Part shown: piece after piece, positions 24,904 through 36,668 of the stretch
How positions within the stretch are numbered: the first letter of the stretch is position 1
Layout of the letters: every line of letters begins with the position of its first letter
Source: Escherichia coli
GTDB taxonomy: Bacteria > Pseudomonadota > Gammaproteobacteria > Enterobacterales > Enterobacteriaceae
Direction: 5' to 3' (one strand)
DNA length: 64,000 bases
Assembly (NCBI RefSeq): GCF_016903815.1
Contig: NZ_CP069973.1
Position numbers and translations under genes: made by a program
The notes under the pieces: model-generated
Database searches by the model: none
What the model saw: only the letters and a program-made list of their open reading frames with translations
Told to the model about the DNA's origin: nothing

Positions 24904-25064
24904 TTTTAACATCTTTTTAGGGAGCAAGTAAGTCTAAGCAAACCTTAACAGCAGAGAATTCCGATATTAGATGTAAATATATGTCTATCTATTTGAAAAC
25001 CCTTAAGTTGTTAAGGGTAACTTTACATAAAAGTGTGAACAAGCTGGCACAAATTGTTTAATGT

Positions 25065-25580
25065 TTACAGCAAAAGATAACCTTCGTGGCGTAATAACCA
25101 CTCTTTTCGCTGAACTCCGCCTGCATATCCGGTCATGGTACCGTTTCTGCCAATGACCCGATGACAAGGCACAACAATGCTGATGGGATTCGATCCGTTA
25201 GCCGCACCAACGGCACGCGCCGCGCCAGGGCGACCCAATTGTTCGGCCAGTTGACCGTAATGCATTACCTGCCCGCAGGGGATAGTACGTAGTGTTTTCC
25301 AGACTTCGCGCTGAAATGGCGTCCCCCCCGTGGCAGTGGGAAGCGTATCAATAATGCTAAGATTACCGGCAAAATATTCACGAAGCTTGTCGCTTAAACC
25401 ACCTGGGTTGGTGGCAGAAATGCGTTCATAGCCTTCTTTGCGGTAATGGATGTCCAGCAGCTGCACCATGCGTTCGCTGTACTCTTCCCATTCAACCGCC
25501 CGCAGGCGAAATTGCTCATCGCAAATCACCCACAGTGGACCCAGTGGCGTGACAATTTTTTCTTCAAGTAATCTCAGCAT
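25065..25580 (-). CDS. ogt: O6-methylguanine-DNA methyltransferase
   Basis: PCHRV active-site motif, 171 aa. Confidence 0.95.
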   Translation of the reverse strand: MLRLLEEKIVTPLGPLWVICDEQFRLRAVEWEEYSERMVQLLDIHYRKEGYERISATNPGGLSDKLREYFAGNLSIIDTLPTATGGTPFQREVWKTLRTIPCGQVMHYGQLAEQLGRPGAARAVGAANGSNPISIVVPCHRVIGRNGTMTGYAGGVQRKEWLLRHEGYLLL

Positions 25581-25590
25581 CCGTTCTCTC

Positions 25591-27117
25591 TTAAGACAAA
25601 CGTGGGTAAATCCCCGGACCTATCGGCAGACCGACAAGATACCACGCCAGCAACATCAGCAGCCATACCACCAAAAAGATAAGTGGATAGGGCAAAACTA
25701 ACGAATAGTAAGTACCCAGTTTCGCGTCTGGTTTGTAGCGTTGCAGGAATCCAAGAAACAGTGGAACAAAAGGAGATACCGGCGCTAAAGGCAATACGGA
25801 TGAGTCGGCAATACGAAAGAGGATTTGCGCAAATGCCGGGTGAAAGCCAAGTAGCATAAACATCGGTACGAAAATGGGGGCCAGAATCGACCAGATTGCG
25901 GAACCGCTGGCGATAAACATGCATAAGAAAGAGGAAAGCAACGCCAGACCGACAAACGCCGGGATGCCGCTAAGCCCTGAACTTTCCAGTATATCGGTCA
26001 GCCCCACGGCGATGAATTTCCCCATGTTGCTCCAGTTAAACATGGCGACAAACTGGGCGAGGGGAAAAACCATCACGATAAATCCCGCCATCTCTTTCAT
26101 CGGTTCAATCATTAATTGCGGTAAATCCGCCTGACGTCGAATTGTGCGGGTAGCGATGCCATAAGCCAGCGAGACCACAAAGAAAAAAAGAATGATCAGT
26201 GGCACGATACCTTTAATAAAGGGTGATGGCATCACGGTGTGATTAATCGGATCGCGCAATATCCCGTTTTCCGGGATCACCATCAGCGCAATCGCAGCAA
26301 TAAAAAGTAGCGATACGACACCTGCTATGCGTAAACCAAAACGCTGACTTTCGGTCAATGTCTGCAGTTTCTCATCGCTGTTTCCCTGCCATTGACCTAA
26401 CCGTGGCTCGATGATTTTGTCGGTTATCAGGCCGCCAACAATCGTCAGTACGACTACGGAGCTGGCCATAAAATACCAGTTATCAATTACACTGACGTGC
26501 ATTTGCGGATTGAACGCAGCCGCCGCTTCCGTGCTGATCCCCGACAGCAACACGTCGGTTGTGACAATCAGTAAATTAGCCGTAAAGCCGCAACCTACGC
26601 CTGCAATGGCAGCCAGTAAACCTGCAACTGGATGCCTGCCCACCGCCAGAAAAATCAGTGCACCCATCGGTGGCATGATCACTAACGCCGCATCGGAAGA
26701 AATGTGGCTGAAAAAAGCAATAAACAGCACCATATAACTGGCGTAGCGGGCATTAACATGCGATGCCATTTTAACCATCAACGCTGGCAGTAAGCCGACG
26801 CGCTCCGCCAGACCGGCACCTAAAACCAGCGCCAGGATCGCGCCAAGTGGAGCAAAACCGCTAAAGTTTTTAATAACATTGGGTAAAAACCAGTGTAATC
26901 CTTCCACACTGAGCAGGTTTTTCACGACCACCGGCGTACCATCGGTCGGGTTTTTCGCACTGACGCCAAAGGCCGACAAAATTGCCGTCGTAACCATGAG
27001 TACGATAATCAAATAGATAAAGAGCAAAAAAGGATGGGGAACCTTGTTACCAATTCTTTCGACCCAGCCATAGAGCTTCCCGGATTGGGAGGACGACGGT
27101 ATGGATGACATACTCAT
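25591..27117 (-). CDS. abgT: p-Aminobenzoyl-glutamate transporter (AbgT family)
   Basis: 508-aa polytopic membrane protein, first gene downstream of abgB. Confidence 0.9.
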   Translation of the reverse strand: MSMSSIPSSSQSGKLYGWVERIGNKVPHPFLLFIYLIIVLMVTTAILSAFGVSAKNPTDGTPVVVKNLLSVEGLHWFLPNVIKNFSGFAPLGAILALVLGAGLAERVGLLPALMVKMASHVNARYASYMVLFIAFFSHISSDAALVIMPPMGALIFLAVGRHPVAGLLAAIAGVGCGFTANLLIVTTDVLLSGISTEAAAAFNPQMHVSVIDNWYFMASSVVVLTIVGGLITDKIIEPRLGQWQGNSDEKLQTLTESQRFGLRIAGVVSLLFIAAIALMVIPENGILRDPINHTVMPSPFIKGIVPLIILFFFVVSLAYGIATRTIRRQADLPQLMIEPMKEMAGFIVMVFPLAQFVAMFNWSNMGKFIAVGLTDILESSGLSGIPAFVGLALLSSFLCMFIASGSAIWSILAPIFVPMFMLLGFHPAFAQILFRIADSSVLPLAPVSPFVPLFLGFLQRYKPDAKLGTYYSLVLPYPLIFLVVWLLMLLAWYLVGLPIGPGIYPRLS

Positions 27118-27153
27118 GGGCATTCCTCGTTTGTTGTGTTTGCGTTGTTGTTG

Positions 27154-28599
27154 TTATTTTAAAGGTGACGGTGTCACGTTTTTCGGGATAGGGCAGTGAT
27201 ACGGTTGCGTGTCCGTAACTTGCTGATGCTCTTGTTGGCATTCTTGCAATAGCCCTGAATCAATGAAGAGATTAAGTGTGGTTGCTGCCATAGTTTTCGC
27301 CGCCAGCAGCATTCCTTTATGAGCAATAGATGTTCGCCCCTGGCTAACCAGTTGCCACGTATGTAGCGGGGTACCGACGGCAAAGCAGGGGCTGAAACAC
27401 TGGGCAACAGGCAGTTTCCAACTGACGTCGCCGACATCAGTCGATGCCGCAAGCACGTTATCGGTGGCGGCATATGGAGCGACTTCATTCGCCAGTACCG
27501 TTTCACGATGACGTAGTGCAAAAGCCTTGCCGTTTTCGCCACCGGTTGCAGCGATATTATTCAGACTGTTTTGCCGATCGTTGGGGGTGAGCGTAGCCTG
27601 AATTTGTTTCGCAAAAGCCAGTTCTTCGCAGTTCCATTCCGGGGTACCAAAATGGGATAGGGCTCGGTACATGGCATTTTCTAAGGTGCGATTCGGGAGA
27701 TAACTGGAACAGGCTTTGTCGAAGCGGCATTCAACCGTGGTTTCGGTCATCAATGCCGCACCTTCGGCGATTTTGGCGACCCGATCATAAATATGCTGCA
27801 CATCGGTCATTTCGGGGGCGCGGATAAGATAAAGCACTTCTGCCTGCGCCTGGACCACGTTGGGCGAGATCCCGCCGCTATCTGTGATGGCATAGTGTAC
27901 GCGCGCTTTTTCAATAATATGTTCGTTGAGGAAGTTGGTGCCAGTGGTCATCAACGTTACGGCATCAAGGGCGCTGCGTCCCAAATGAGGGGAATTCGCG
28001 GCATGTGCTGCGATCCCTTTAAAGCGCCATGATGCCTGAATGTTTGCCAGCGTGCGGGTATTGAACATACCGGCAAAGGCTTCCGGGTGCCAGGTGAGTG
28101 CCGCATCCACATCATCAAATACCCCCTCGCGGACCATGAACGTTTTACCCGAGCCGCCTTCTTCGCCAGGACAACCATAAAAGCGCACCGTGCCGCATTG
28201 CCCATATTGTTCCAGCCATTTCTTGACGGCTATTGCTGCGGCAAAGGCGGCGGTTCCCAGCAAATTGTGTCCGCAACCGTGACCATTTTCACCGGGCGTC
28301 GCGGATGTAGGTTGCGCGCAACCTGCTTGCTGACTTAAACCTGCCAGGGCGTCATATTCCCCCAGCAGGGCGATAACCGGTTTGCCTTGACCAAACGAAG
28401 CAATAAAGGCATTTGGGATATTGCCTACGTTGCGGGTAACGGTGAAGCCTGCAGACTCCAGCGCCGAAGCCAGATGCTCCGCTGACCAGAACTCTTCAAA
28501 ACGTGTTTCTGGATGATCCCAGATTTGATCGGCAATATCGGTATAACGTTGGCGATCGGCTTCAATCGCATCGTCGATAAAACGATAGATTTCCTGCAT
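27154..28599 (-). CDS. abgB: p-Aminobenzoyl-glutamate hydrolase subunit B (M20 family)
   Basis: 481-aa M20 peptidase with a 1-bp overlap onto abgA. Confidence 0.9.
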   Translation of the reverse strand: MQEIYRFIDDAIEADRQRYTDIADQIWDHPETRFEEFWSAEHLASALESAGFTVTRNVGNIPNAFIASFGQGKPVIALLGEYDALAGLSQQAGCAQPTSATPGENGHGCGHNLLGTAAFAAAIAVKKWLEQYGQCGTVRFYGCPGEEGGSGKTFMVREGVFDDVDAALTWHPEAFAGMFNTRTLANIQASWRFKGIAAHAANSPHLGRSALDAVTLMTTGTNFLNEHIIEKARVHYAITDSGGISPNVVQAQAEVLYLIRAPEMTDVQHIYDRVAKIAEGAALMTETTVECRFDKACSSYLPNRTLENAMYRALSHFGTPEWNCEELAFAKQIQATLTPNDRQNSLNNIAATGGENGKAFALRHRETVLANEVAPYAATDNVLAASTDVGDVSWKLPVAQCFSPCFAVGTPLHTWQLVSQGRTSIAHKGMLLAAKTMAATTLNLFIDSGLLQECQQEHQQVTDTQPYHCPIPKNVTPSPLK

Positions 28600-29909
28600 C
28601 AGATACCTCGCGTCCAGGGAAAATTGAGCGCGGTGCGCGCCAGCGTTTCGACGGCAATAGCGAGAACCTGCTCGTCAAAATCGAATTTTTCGTTGTGATG
28701 ACCTGCCGCCAGCTGTGTGCCAAACACCATATAGGAGGCTTGCCCTTGATGTTGCTGCACGCGGGCCATCATTAATGTGGCATCTTCGGAACCCGCAGGC
28801 GCTTCAACACGTTCAATGGCTTGATTGACCCCCGGGACCTGAGCTGCCTGACTTTGCAACCATGCGACCCATTGCGGCGAAGGAGAACTGGCGGTAGCTG
28901 CACCCATCAGACGAGTTTCAACGCCGACACCATACATGGTTGCTGCGCCCTGAATCGCTTGTTGTGCACGTTCAAAAACATATTGATTAATGACGTCGCT
29001 GGCCCCGCGTGTTTCCACTTTCAGCAACGCTGAGGCGGGAACAACATTACGACCGCTTCCTGCCTGCATAACGCCCACGTTTACTCTGGAAGCGCCTTCG
29101 CTGTGCGGGGCGATTGCATGCAGTGCAAGAGTTGCTTGTGCTGCCGCCAACAAGGCATTGTGACCGTCTTCTGGTTTTGCGCCTGCGTGAGCGGCGGTCC
29201 CGGTGAAGTGCGCGTCAAATTTGGTGGTTGCCATAAAATTATCACTGCCGCACACCACGGTGCCCGCAGGTACGCCAGTGCCAATGTGCACGGCAGTAAA
29301 ATAATCAACATCATCCACTACACCTGCATCGACCATCGCCCGCGCGCCACGCGTACCTTCTTCTGCAGGTTGAAAAATCAGTTTGATGACGCCATGTAGT
29401 CCGGACTCGAACTGTTTAAGGGTATGCGCCAGCCCAAGTCCAATGGCGGTATGTCCATCATGACCACAGGCATGCATCATTCCGGCGTTACATGACGCAA
29501 AACCGTCGCGGTAGGGGCGATGGCTGACATCCCGTTCTTCACTGAGATCCAGCGCGTCCATATCGACACGGAAAGCCATCACCGGACCGGGGCGACCGGT
29601 ATCCAGGGTAGCGACGATGCCAGTGAAACCGCCTTCAAAAGCCGCAATCCATTGTTCTAGCGCACCCTGTTGACGAGCGCGCTCGAATTCGCGTTGTAGA
29701 GTGAATTCATCAGGTAATCCCATCCGGCTACTTTCATTAACTACTTCGCGGCCCAGCGCCAGTGAATAACCGAGCTGGTGCAATTCTTCCGCAACAAGGG
29801 TGGCAGTGCGGAATTCCACCCAGCCAGACTCTGCATAGTGGTGAAAATCACGTCGCCAGTGCGATAATTTTGGGGCAAACGAATTAACAAATTGATTCAA
29901 AGACTCCAT
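28599..29909 (-). CDS. abgA: p-Aminobenzoyl-glutamate hydrolase subunit A (M20 amidohydrolase)
   Basis: 436 aa from MESLNQF, M20D family. Confidence 0.9.
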   Translation of the reverse strand: MESLNQFVNSFAPKLSHWRRDFHHYAESGWVEFRTATLVAEELHQLGYSLALGREVVNESSRMGLPDEFTLQREFERARQQGALEQWIAAFEGGFTGIVATLDTGRPGPVMAFRVDMDALDLSEERDVSHRPYRDGFASCNAGMMHACGHDGHTAIGLGLAHTLKQFESGLHGVIKLIFQPAEEGTRGARAMVDAGVVDDVDYFTAVHIGTGVPAGTVVCGSDNFMATTKFDAHFTGTAAHAGAKPEDGHNALLAAAQATLALHAIAPHSEGASRVNVGVMQAGSGRNVVPASALLKVETRGASDVINQYVFERAQQAIQGAATMYGVGVETRLMGAATASSPSPQWVAWLQSQAAQVPGVNQAIERVEAPAGSEDATLMMARVQQHQGQASYMVFGTQLAAGHHNEKFDFDEQVLAIAVETLARTALNFPWTRGI

Positions 29910-30084
29910 AACCTTTCCCGTCATCAGTAAAAAGTGTGACCCGGTTCACGTAGCGATAGTTTTTACTTATCACTAACTGATTTTTCACAGTTTTAACCGT
30001 TCATAAATTACCCTGACACAATCATCTGCATTAAAGTAGATGCCAGTTTCTTTGGTCTGATAAATAACGGTTATCGGTGGCGTC

Positions 30085-30993
30085 ATGGCTTTTCAGGTAA
30101 AAATTCATCAAATTCGGGCTTTTGTTGAAGTGGCTCGTCAGGGCAGCATTCGCGGAGCGAGCCGAATGTTGAATATGTCGCAACCGGCACTGAGTAAATC
30201 TATTCAGGAGCTGGAAGAAGGGTTGGCGGCACAACTCTTTTTTCGCCGTAGTAAAGGCGTGACGTTAACTGATGCCGGTGAAAGTTTTTATCAGCACGCC
30301 AGTCTTATTCTTGAAGAGCTGCGCGCAGCGCAAGAGGATATTCGCCAACGACAAGGGCAACTGGCAGGGCAAATTAATATCGGCATGGGGGCCAGTATTT
30401 CCCGCAGTCTGATGCCAGCTGTCATATCTCGTTTTCATCAGCAGCATCCGCAGGTAAAAGTACGCATTATGGAAGGGCAACTGGTGTCGATGATTAATGA
30501 ATTGCGCCAGGGAGAACTGGATTTCACCATCAATACCTATTATCAGGGACCCTACGACCACGAATTTACTTTTGAGAAATTACTGGAAAAGCAATTCGCG
30601 ATCTTTTGCCGCCCGGGACATCCCGCCATTGGTGCCCGTTCGATCAAACAGTTACTGGACTACAGCTGGACAATGCCGACGCCACACGGCAGCTACTACA
30701 AACAGTTGAGTGAATTGCTTGACGATCAGGCGCAAACGCCACAGGTCGGTGTAGTCTGCGAGACGTTCTCAGCCTGTATCAGTCTGGTGGCAAAAAGCGA
30801 TTTTCTCAGCATACTACCTGAAGAAATGGGCTGCGATCCCTTGCACGGACAGGGGCTGGTGATGTTGCCGGTTAGCGAAATTTTACCGAAAGCGACCTAT
30901 TATTTGATTCAGCGGCGTGATAGTCGCCAGACACCACTGACCGCGTCATTAATCACGCAATTTCGGCGAGAATGCGGCTATCTGCAAAGTTAA
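30085..30993 (+). CDS. abgR: LysR-family regulator of the abg operon
   Basis: 302 aa with a LysR HTH, divergent from abgA. Confidence 0.9.
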   Translation: MAFQVKIHQIRAFVEVARQGSIRGASRMLNMSQPALSKSIQELEEGLAAQLFFRRSKGVTLTDAGESFYQHASLILEELRAAQEDIRQRQGQLAGQINIGMGASISRSLMPAVISRFHQQHPQVKVRIMEGQLVSMINELRQGELDFTINTYYQGPYDHEFTFEKLLEKQFAIFCRPGHPAIGARSIKQLLDYSWTMPTPHGSYYKQLSELLDDQAQTPQVGVVCETFSACISLVAKSDFLSILPEEMGCDPLHGQGLVMLPVSEILPKATYYLIQRRDSRQTPLTASLITQFRRECGYLQS

Positions 30994-31000
30994 AACTGCA

Positions 31001-31097
31001 TAAAAAAATAGAGCCTGTCGACATCCGCCAGACTCTACAGTACACACAGCAGTGCATCCTCGTCTTAAATCCGGCCTGGGGTCCTGGTGGCCGGTGA
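31001..31097 (-). ncRNA. mcaS: McaS (IsrA) small RNA
   Basis: The minus strand reads accggccaccagg...ggatgcactgctgtgtgtactgtagagtctggcggatgtcgacaggctctattttttt. It includes the GUGUGU-type motif, a TATAAC -10 just upstream and a terminal hairpin plus U-run. Confidence 0.7.
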
Positions 31098-31165
31098 CAG
31101 TGTTATAACGGTTTTACCCATCCGTTGCCAATTTTCTTCAGTGACAGATTTCACGAAAATATAAG

Positions 31166-31981
31166 TTAAATCATTTGTCTTGTGATTGCATAATCATGCA
31201 TCGTTAATCGACGAGTAAATTTACCGGGCGAGTAGCCCGTTCGACGCTTAAACATATTGCCGAACGATTCAGCTGAGGCATAGCCCAGACGATGGGCAAT
31301 TTTGGTCAACGAATATCCATCATCAAGAAGCGTCACTGCAGAAATAACGTGCATTTGCTGAACCCAGTGGCGAAATGTTAATCCCGTCTCTTTAACAAAT
31401 AAGCGCATGAGTGTACGGCTACTGACGTTAATTTTATCCGCTAGATTATCCAGTGTTGGCAGATACCCTTGGTTGTTTAGCAAATTCTCACAAAGCTGCT
31501 GTAGCCGCTCATCATTTGGCCAAGGGAGTTCAAGTGACATTTTCACCCCCATTTTTATTTCCTGAAGTATCAGTGTCTCGAGGGCTGAAAAACGTAACTG
31601 TTGTTTATCTGTGGTACTTTGCGACGGTGGAAGTTGGTTAATTGCAATTAGTAATTCCCTTAACAGGGGTGAAATACCCGTCATGAAGCAAACTTTTCCC
31701 AGCGTTTCACTTTCCGCTTCTGAAACCAGTACGGTTTTTAAAAGTACGTTGCCTGTCGCAACAAACTTATGCGGCATTTGTGGGGGCAGCCAAAGCGCGC
31801 TGCTGGCATGCACTAACCAGACGCTTTCTCCAGCCCATACACGAACGACTCCTTCAGCCGGGTAAAGCAACTGGGCATAGAGATGTTTATGCCAGGGAAC
31901 TGTGCCTCCATTCAGATGTTCCGAATCCAGTCCGATAATGTGATGCCCTGGTGATGCTTTGGGTTGCAGTGTGATTGTCAT
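31166..31981 (-). CDS. AraC-family transcriptional regulator (cupin N-domain plus dual HTH)
   Basis: 271 aa with C-terminal AraC HTH signatures, divergent from the efflux genes. It is absent from the K-12 gene order as I recall it. Confidence 0.8.
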   Translation of the reverse strand: MTITLQPKASPGHHIIGLDSEHLNGGTVPWHKHLYAQLLYPAEGVVRVWAGESVWLVHASSALWLPPQMPHKFVATGNVLLKTVLVSEAESETLGKVCFMTGISPLLRELLIAINQLPPSQSTTDKQQLRFSALETLILQEIKMGVKMSLELPWPNDERLQQLCENLLNNQGYLPTLDNLADKINVSSRTLMRLFVKETGLTFRHWVQQMHVISAVTLLDDGYSLTKIAHRLGYASAESFGNMFKRRTGYSPGKFTRRLTMHDYAITRQMI

Positions 31982-32074
31982 TTACAGTAGGTATTTTGTC
32001 AGAAATCATCAAATAAGCCATGTTAAATTTTAAATATGACGAATGCAAGTTTCCGGATATATACGGTGTAAAGA

Positions 32075-33106
32075 GTGATGATAATTTCTAAAAAACAGCT
32101 TATTGGGGTGGTAGCGATCGGTATTATTTTGGCTGGCGTTGCCTTTTTTATCTGGTGGGTAAGCAAAGGAAGATTTATACAGACGACGGATGATGCTTAC
32201 ATTGGTGGTAATATCACCACGGTGGCAAGTAAAGTTTCTGGTTATATTTCTGCTATAGAGGTGCGCGATAATCAGAGCGTAAAAAAAGGCGATATTATCC
32301 TGCGTCTCGATGATCGGGATTATCGTGCAAATGTCGCCAGGCTTGAGGCAAAAATAAAAAGTAGCAAAGCCAATCTCGAAAGCATTCAAGCCACTATTAC
32401 GATGCAGCAGTCGATAATTCAAAGTGCCAGTGAAACATGGCAGGCAGTAAAACATGAGGAGCAAAAGCGCCTGCGAGATACTGAACGTTATGAAAAACTC
32501 GCACAATCAGCGGCAATATCGCAACAAGTTATTGATAACGCAAGGTTTGACTACCAGCAGGTCACAGCAAAGGAGCGCAAAGCCGCGAACGATTTCATGG
32601 TGGAGAAGCAACGGCTGGCAGTTTTATCTGCTCAGGAAGAAAACGTACGTGCAAGTATCGAAGAAGTTCAGGCCGCTTTGACTCAGGCACTACTGGATCT
32701 GGAATATACCCTTGTTCGTGCGCCGATTGATGGCATTGTCGCAAACCGCAGCGCCCATACAGGCAGTTGGGTGGAAGGCGGCACATCGTTAGTTTCACTA
32801 GTACCAGTCAGTGAGTTGTGGGTTGATGCAAATTATAAAGAAAACCAAATAGCGGGAATGAAGCCAGGAATGAAGGCTGAGATCCGTGCTGATATTCTCA
32901 AAGGGGAAGTGTTTCACGGTCACATTGAAAGCCTTTCCCCAGCGACAGGAGCCAGTTTCAGCTTGATTCCGATAGAAAATGCCACTGGCAATTTCACCAA
33001 AATTGTTCAGCGTGTCCCGGTACGGATTGCATTTGACGACGCAAAGGAATTAAAGCAACTTCTTCGCCCGGGGCTGTCCGTCACCGTCAGTGTTGATGAG
33101 AGATGA
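32075..33106 (+). CDS. HlyD/EmrA-family membrane fusion protein
   Basis: 343 aa with an N-terminal TM anchor, coiled-coil and lipoyl-like beta domains. It overlaps the downstream MFS gene by 4 bp. Confidence 0.8.
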   Translation: MMIISKKQLIGVVAIGIILAGVAFFIWWVSKGRFIQTTDDAYIGGNITTVASKVSGYISAIEVRDNQSVKKGDIILRLDDRDYRANVARLEAKIKSSKANLESIQATITMQQSIIQSASETWQAVKHEEQKRLRDTERYEKLAQSAAISQQVIDNARFDYQQVTAKERKAANDFMVEKQRLAVLSAQEENVRASIEEVQAALTQALLDLEYTLVRAPIDGIVANRSAHTGSWVEGGTSLVSLVPVSELWVDANYKENQIAGMKPGMKAEIRADILKGEVFHGHIESLSPATGASFSLIPIENATGNFTKIVQRVPVRIAFDDAKELKQLLRPGLSVTVSVDER

Positions 33107-34617
33107 TGTCTATGCGTAAACATATTGCTTTCGCCAGTATGTGTATGGGATTATTTATTGCTCAGCTTGATATTCAAATTGTATCGTCATCCCTAAATGA
33201 AATAGGTGGTGGTCTGTCCGCAGGTAAAGACGAAATGGCCTGGCTTCAGACCAGCTATTTAATTGCTGAGATTATTGTTATTCCGCTCTCTGGGTGGCTG
33301 TCACGGGTATTTTCCACTCGTTGGCTTTTTACTCTATCCGCGGGAATATTTACTTTAATGAGTATCGCGTGTGGACTTGCATGGAATATTCAGATCATGA
33401 TTTTGTTTCGTGCTTTACAGGGAGCGGCTGGCGCATCCATGATCCCTTTAGTTTTCACGACGGCGTTTATTTATTACCAGGGTAAAGAGTTGGGGTTGGC
33501 TGCTGCGGTAGTCAGTGCGCTGGCCTCACTGTCACCGACGCTAGGGCCAACTCTGGGGGGCTGGATCACTGATAACCTCGACTGGCGATGGCTATTTTAT
33601 ATCAATATATTACCTGGCATATATTTAGTTTTGAGTATTCCTTTTCTGGTTAATTTTGATAAACCTGATCTCTCTTTACTGAAAGTTGCTGATTATCCGA
33701 GTATTATCCTGTTGGCCATGACACTGGGATGTCTGGAATATACCCTTGAAGAAGGAGCGCGCTGGGGATGGCTGGATGATAATACTATTTTGCTGACATC
33801 AGTTCTGGCATTGGTGAGTTTTATTTTATTTGCTGCGCGTACACTTACAATATCCAATCCGATAATGGATCTTCATGCTTTTAAGGATAAAAATTTCACG
33901 CTGGGATGTTTTTTTTCTTTTTCTGGAGGGGTTGGGATATTCTCTACTGTATATTTAATACCTATGTTTTTGGGGCAGGTTCGCGGATTAAATGCCGAAG
34001 AGATAGGTTTTGCCGTTTGCACAACAGGTATTTTCCAGTTATTTTCTGTTCCCTTTTACTTCTGGTTAAGTAAAAAAATAAATCTGCGATGGCTGTTGAT
34101 GGCGGGGCTGGGTGGGTTTGTGTTTTCAATGTATCTTTTTACCCCTATAACCCACGAATGGGGATGGCAGGAGTTACTGTTTCCACAGGCAATTAGAGGG
34201 ATTTCGCAGCAGTTTGCGATGGCCCCCATCGTAACATTAACGCTGGGGGGAACTCCAAAAGAACGGCTGAAGTTAGCCTCTGGTGTATTTAATTTAACAC
34301 GTAATCTTGGGGGCGCGATTGGTATTGCCCTGTGTGGCTCTATTCTCAATAATCGAACTAATTTTCATTTTTCGAGAATGGGTGAAAAAATGGTTTCTGT
34401 TCCCCATACGGTGAATGACTTCATTTCCAGAAGTGCTTTGTTTTTTAATCGCAGTGGAAGTGACCAGACATCGGAAATACTAGCTTCAACCAAATTATTG
34501 AGTCAATTGATGCTGAGGGAGGCGCAAACTATGGCATTTTCGGATACCTTTCTGCTAATCAGTGGTCTGTTATTTATCGCATTTTTGTTGGTTCCTGCTA
34601 TGAATAAATCATCCTGA
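33103..34617 (+). CDS. MFS DHA2-family (EmrB/QacA-like) 14-TMS efflux transporter
   Basis: 504-aa polytopic protein, translationally coupled to the MFP gene. Confidence 0.8.
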   Translation: MMSMRKHIAFASMCMGLFIAQLDIQIVSSSLNEIGGGLSAGKDEMAWLQTSYLIAEIIVIPLSGWLSRVFSTRWLFTLSAGIFTLMSIACGLAWNIQIMILFRALQGAAGASMIPLVFTTAFIYYQGKELGLAAAVVSALASLSPTLGPTLGGWITDNLDWRWLFYINILPGIYLVLSIPFLVNFDKPDLSLLKVADYPSIILLAMTLGCLEYTLEEGARWGWLDDNTILLTSVLALVSFILFAARTLTISNPIMDLHAFKDKNFTLGCFFSFSGGVGIFSTVYLIPMFLGQVRGLNAEEIGFAVCTTGIFQLFSVPFYFWLSKKINLRWLLMAGLGGFVFSMYLFTPITHEWGWQELLFPQAIRGISQQFAMAPIVTLTLGGTPKERLKLASGVFNLTRNLGGAIGIALCGSILNNRTNFHFSRMGEKMVSVPHTVNDFISRSALFFNRSGSDQTSEILASTKLLSQLMLREAQTMAFSDTFLLISGLLFIAFLLVPAMNKSS

Positions 34618-34811
34618 TCGGAGCCTGTGCTGAATTAAACTCGGGCTAAACTGTTCGATACTGCTAACAGGCTAGTATAAAATGCCCCGCCTGCGCAGAT
34701 ACTCACAGGTATGAAGTAGAGTATTGTTTCAATCTGTGAAGGGAACGATGCAGTAAGTATGAACAATTAACCCGTCTGAATCACGACGTGTGAAGCTGCA
34801 TAGGAGGTTAC

Positions 34812-35375
34812 ATGAACCTTGACGACAAATCGCTGTTTCTTGACGCCATGGAAGATGTCCAGCCGCTGAAACGTGCTACAGATGTCCACTGGCATCCAAC
34901 GCGTAACCAACGTGCGCCGCAGCGTATCGACACGCTGCAACTTGATAATTTCCTCACCACCGGATTTCTCGACATCATCCCGCTAAGTCAGCCGTTGGAG
35001 TTTCGGCGGGAAGGGTTGCAACATGGGGTGCTGGATAAGCTGCGCAGTGGTAAATATCCGCAACAGGCGAGCCTGAATCTTTTGCGCCAGCCGGTGGAAG
35101 AGTGCCGCAAAATGGTGTTCAGTTTCATTCAACAAGCCCTGGCGGATGGTTTGCGTAATGTGCTGATTATTCATGGTAAAGGGCGGGAAGATAAATCGCA
35201 TGCCAATATTGTCCGCAGCTATGTGGCGCGCTGGTTGACCGAATTTGATGATGTCCAGGCATATTGTACCGCGCTACCGCATCATGGCGGCAGCGGGGCG
35301 TGTTACGTCGCACTACGTAAAACGGCACAGGCAAAGCAAGAAAACTGGGAGCGCCACGCTAAGCGCAGTCGTTGA
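34812..35375 (+). CDS. smrA: Smr-domain DNA endonuclease
   Basis: 187 aa with a C-terminal Smr domain (LIIHGKG...). Confidence 0.85.
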   Translation: MNLDDKSLFLDAMEDVQPLKRATDVHWHPTRNQRAPQRIDTLQLDNFLTTGFLDIIPLSQPLEFRREGLQHGVLDKLRSGKYPQQASLNLLRQPVEECRKMVFSFIQQALADGLRNVLIIHGKGREDKSHANIVRSYVARWLTEFDDVQAYCTALPHHGGSGACYVALRKTAQAKQENWERHAKRSR

Positions 35376-36392
35376 TCTCGAGACGCATCCGCGGCTTATG
35401 CCGCCAGCACGCGGTTGCGTCCATCATTTTTCGCCCGATACAAAGCATCATCAACGCGTTTAAACAGTTCATCGATGCTTTCATTTCCTTCGTGATGCGC
35501 CACACCAATGCTGACGGTAAAGCGTGGTAAGCCCGAAATACCCACTTTTGCCACGCTTACGCGGATAGTTTCAGCCAGCGAAAGCGCGGTATCCAGTGGG
35601 GTTCTTGGTAGCAATAAGACAAACTCTTCGCCTCCCCAACGAAACACCAAATCGCCTTTGCGAGCGCAACTTTCGAGAGTGCGGGCGAGGGTGCATAACA
35701 CCTCATCACCTTTAGAATGCCCATAGAGATCGTTAATGTGTTTAAAACGATCGGTGTCGATGAGCAATAAGCTGTAATCCTGAGCGATGGCGAGGTGCTG
35801 CATTTGGCCTGGCTCGGTAATGTGATAAAACTGTCGCCGATTCAGTAATCCGGTCATCGCGTCATGGTGGGCAGCATGTTCCAGCTGCTCCTCCAGCCGT
35901 TTTTGCTCAGTAATATCATGCACAATACATAACATGAGCTTGTCGCCATAAATTTCAATCGGACCGGCATAGGTCTGCACATGACGAGTCGAACCATCCG
36001 CCAGTTTATGAACAAAATTCAAAGGCTTATGGCCACCGGGTAAATGCGAAATTTCATGCATGATAGGCATGACGCGTCGCCCGAGCATATTTATTTCCCA
36101 GGTATGTTTCTGGCACATCGTTTCATGGTTATAGCCATAGAAATTGAGCGCGGCGAGGTTAGCATCGACGATTTGGCCATCTCGTGAGGGGTCAATCAAC
36201 AACATTGGTGCAGAGTTAGTCAGAAAAAAGCGCGCATAAAAACCTTGTTTTTTGCGCTGATAATTTGCCGAGCGACTGGCTTTTAAACCCAGCGTTGCCG
36301 GTGCTTCGATACCTTCGAAAATAATCACCGGTTCTGCGGTAATGCTGCCAACTTACTGATTTAGTGTATGATGGTGATTTTAAGGTGCTTGC

Positions 36393-36668
36393 GTGGCTTC
36401 CATTTCCATCAGATGTCCTTCCTGCTCCGCTACTGAAGGCGTGGTGCGTAACGGCAAAAGCACTGCCGGACATCAGCGCTATCTCTGCTCTCATTGCCGT
36501 AAAACATGGCAACTACAGTTCACTTACACCGCCTCTCAGCCCGGTACGCACCAGAAAATCATTGATATGGCCATGAATGGCGTCGGATGTCGCGCCAGTG
36601 CACGCATTATGGGCGTTGGCCTCAACACGGTTTTACGTCACTTAAAAAACTCAGGCCGCAGTCGGTAA
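36393..36668 (+). CDS. insA: IS1 InsA
   Basis: 91 aa with a zinc-finger CPSCSATEG motif. Confidence 0.9.
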   Translation: MASISIRCPSCSATEGVVRNGKSTAGHQRYLCSHCRKTWQLQFTYTASQPGTHQKIIDMAMNGVGCRASARIMGVGLNTVLRHLKNSGRSR

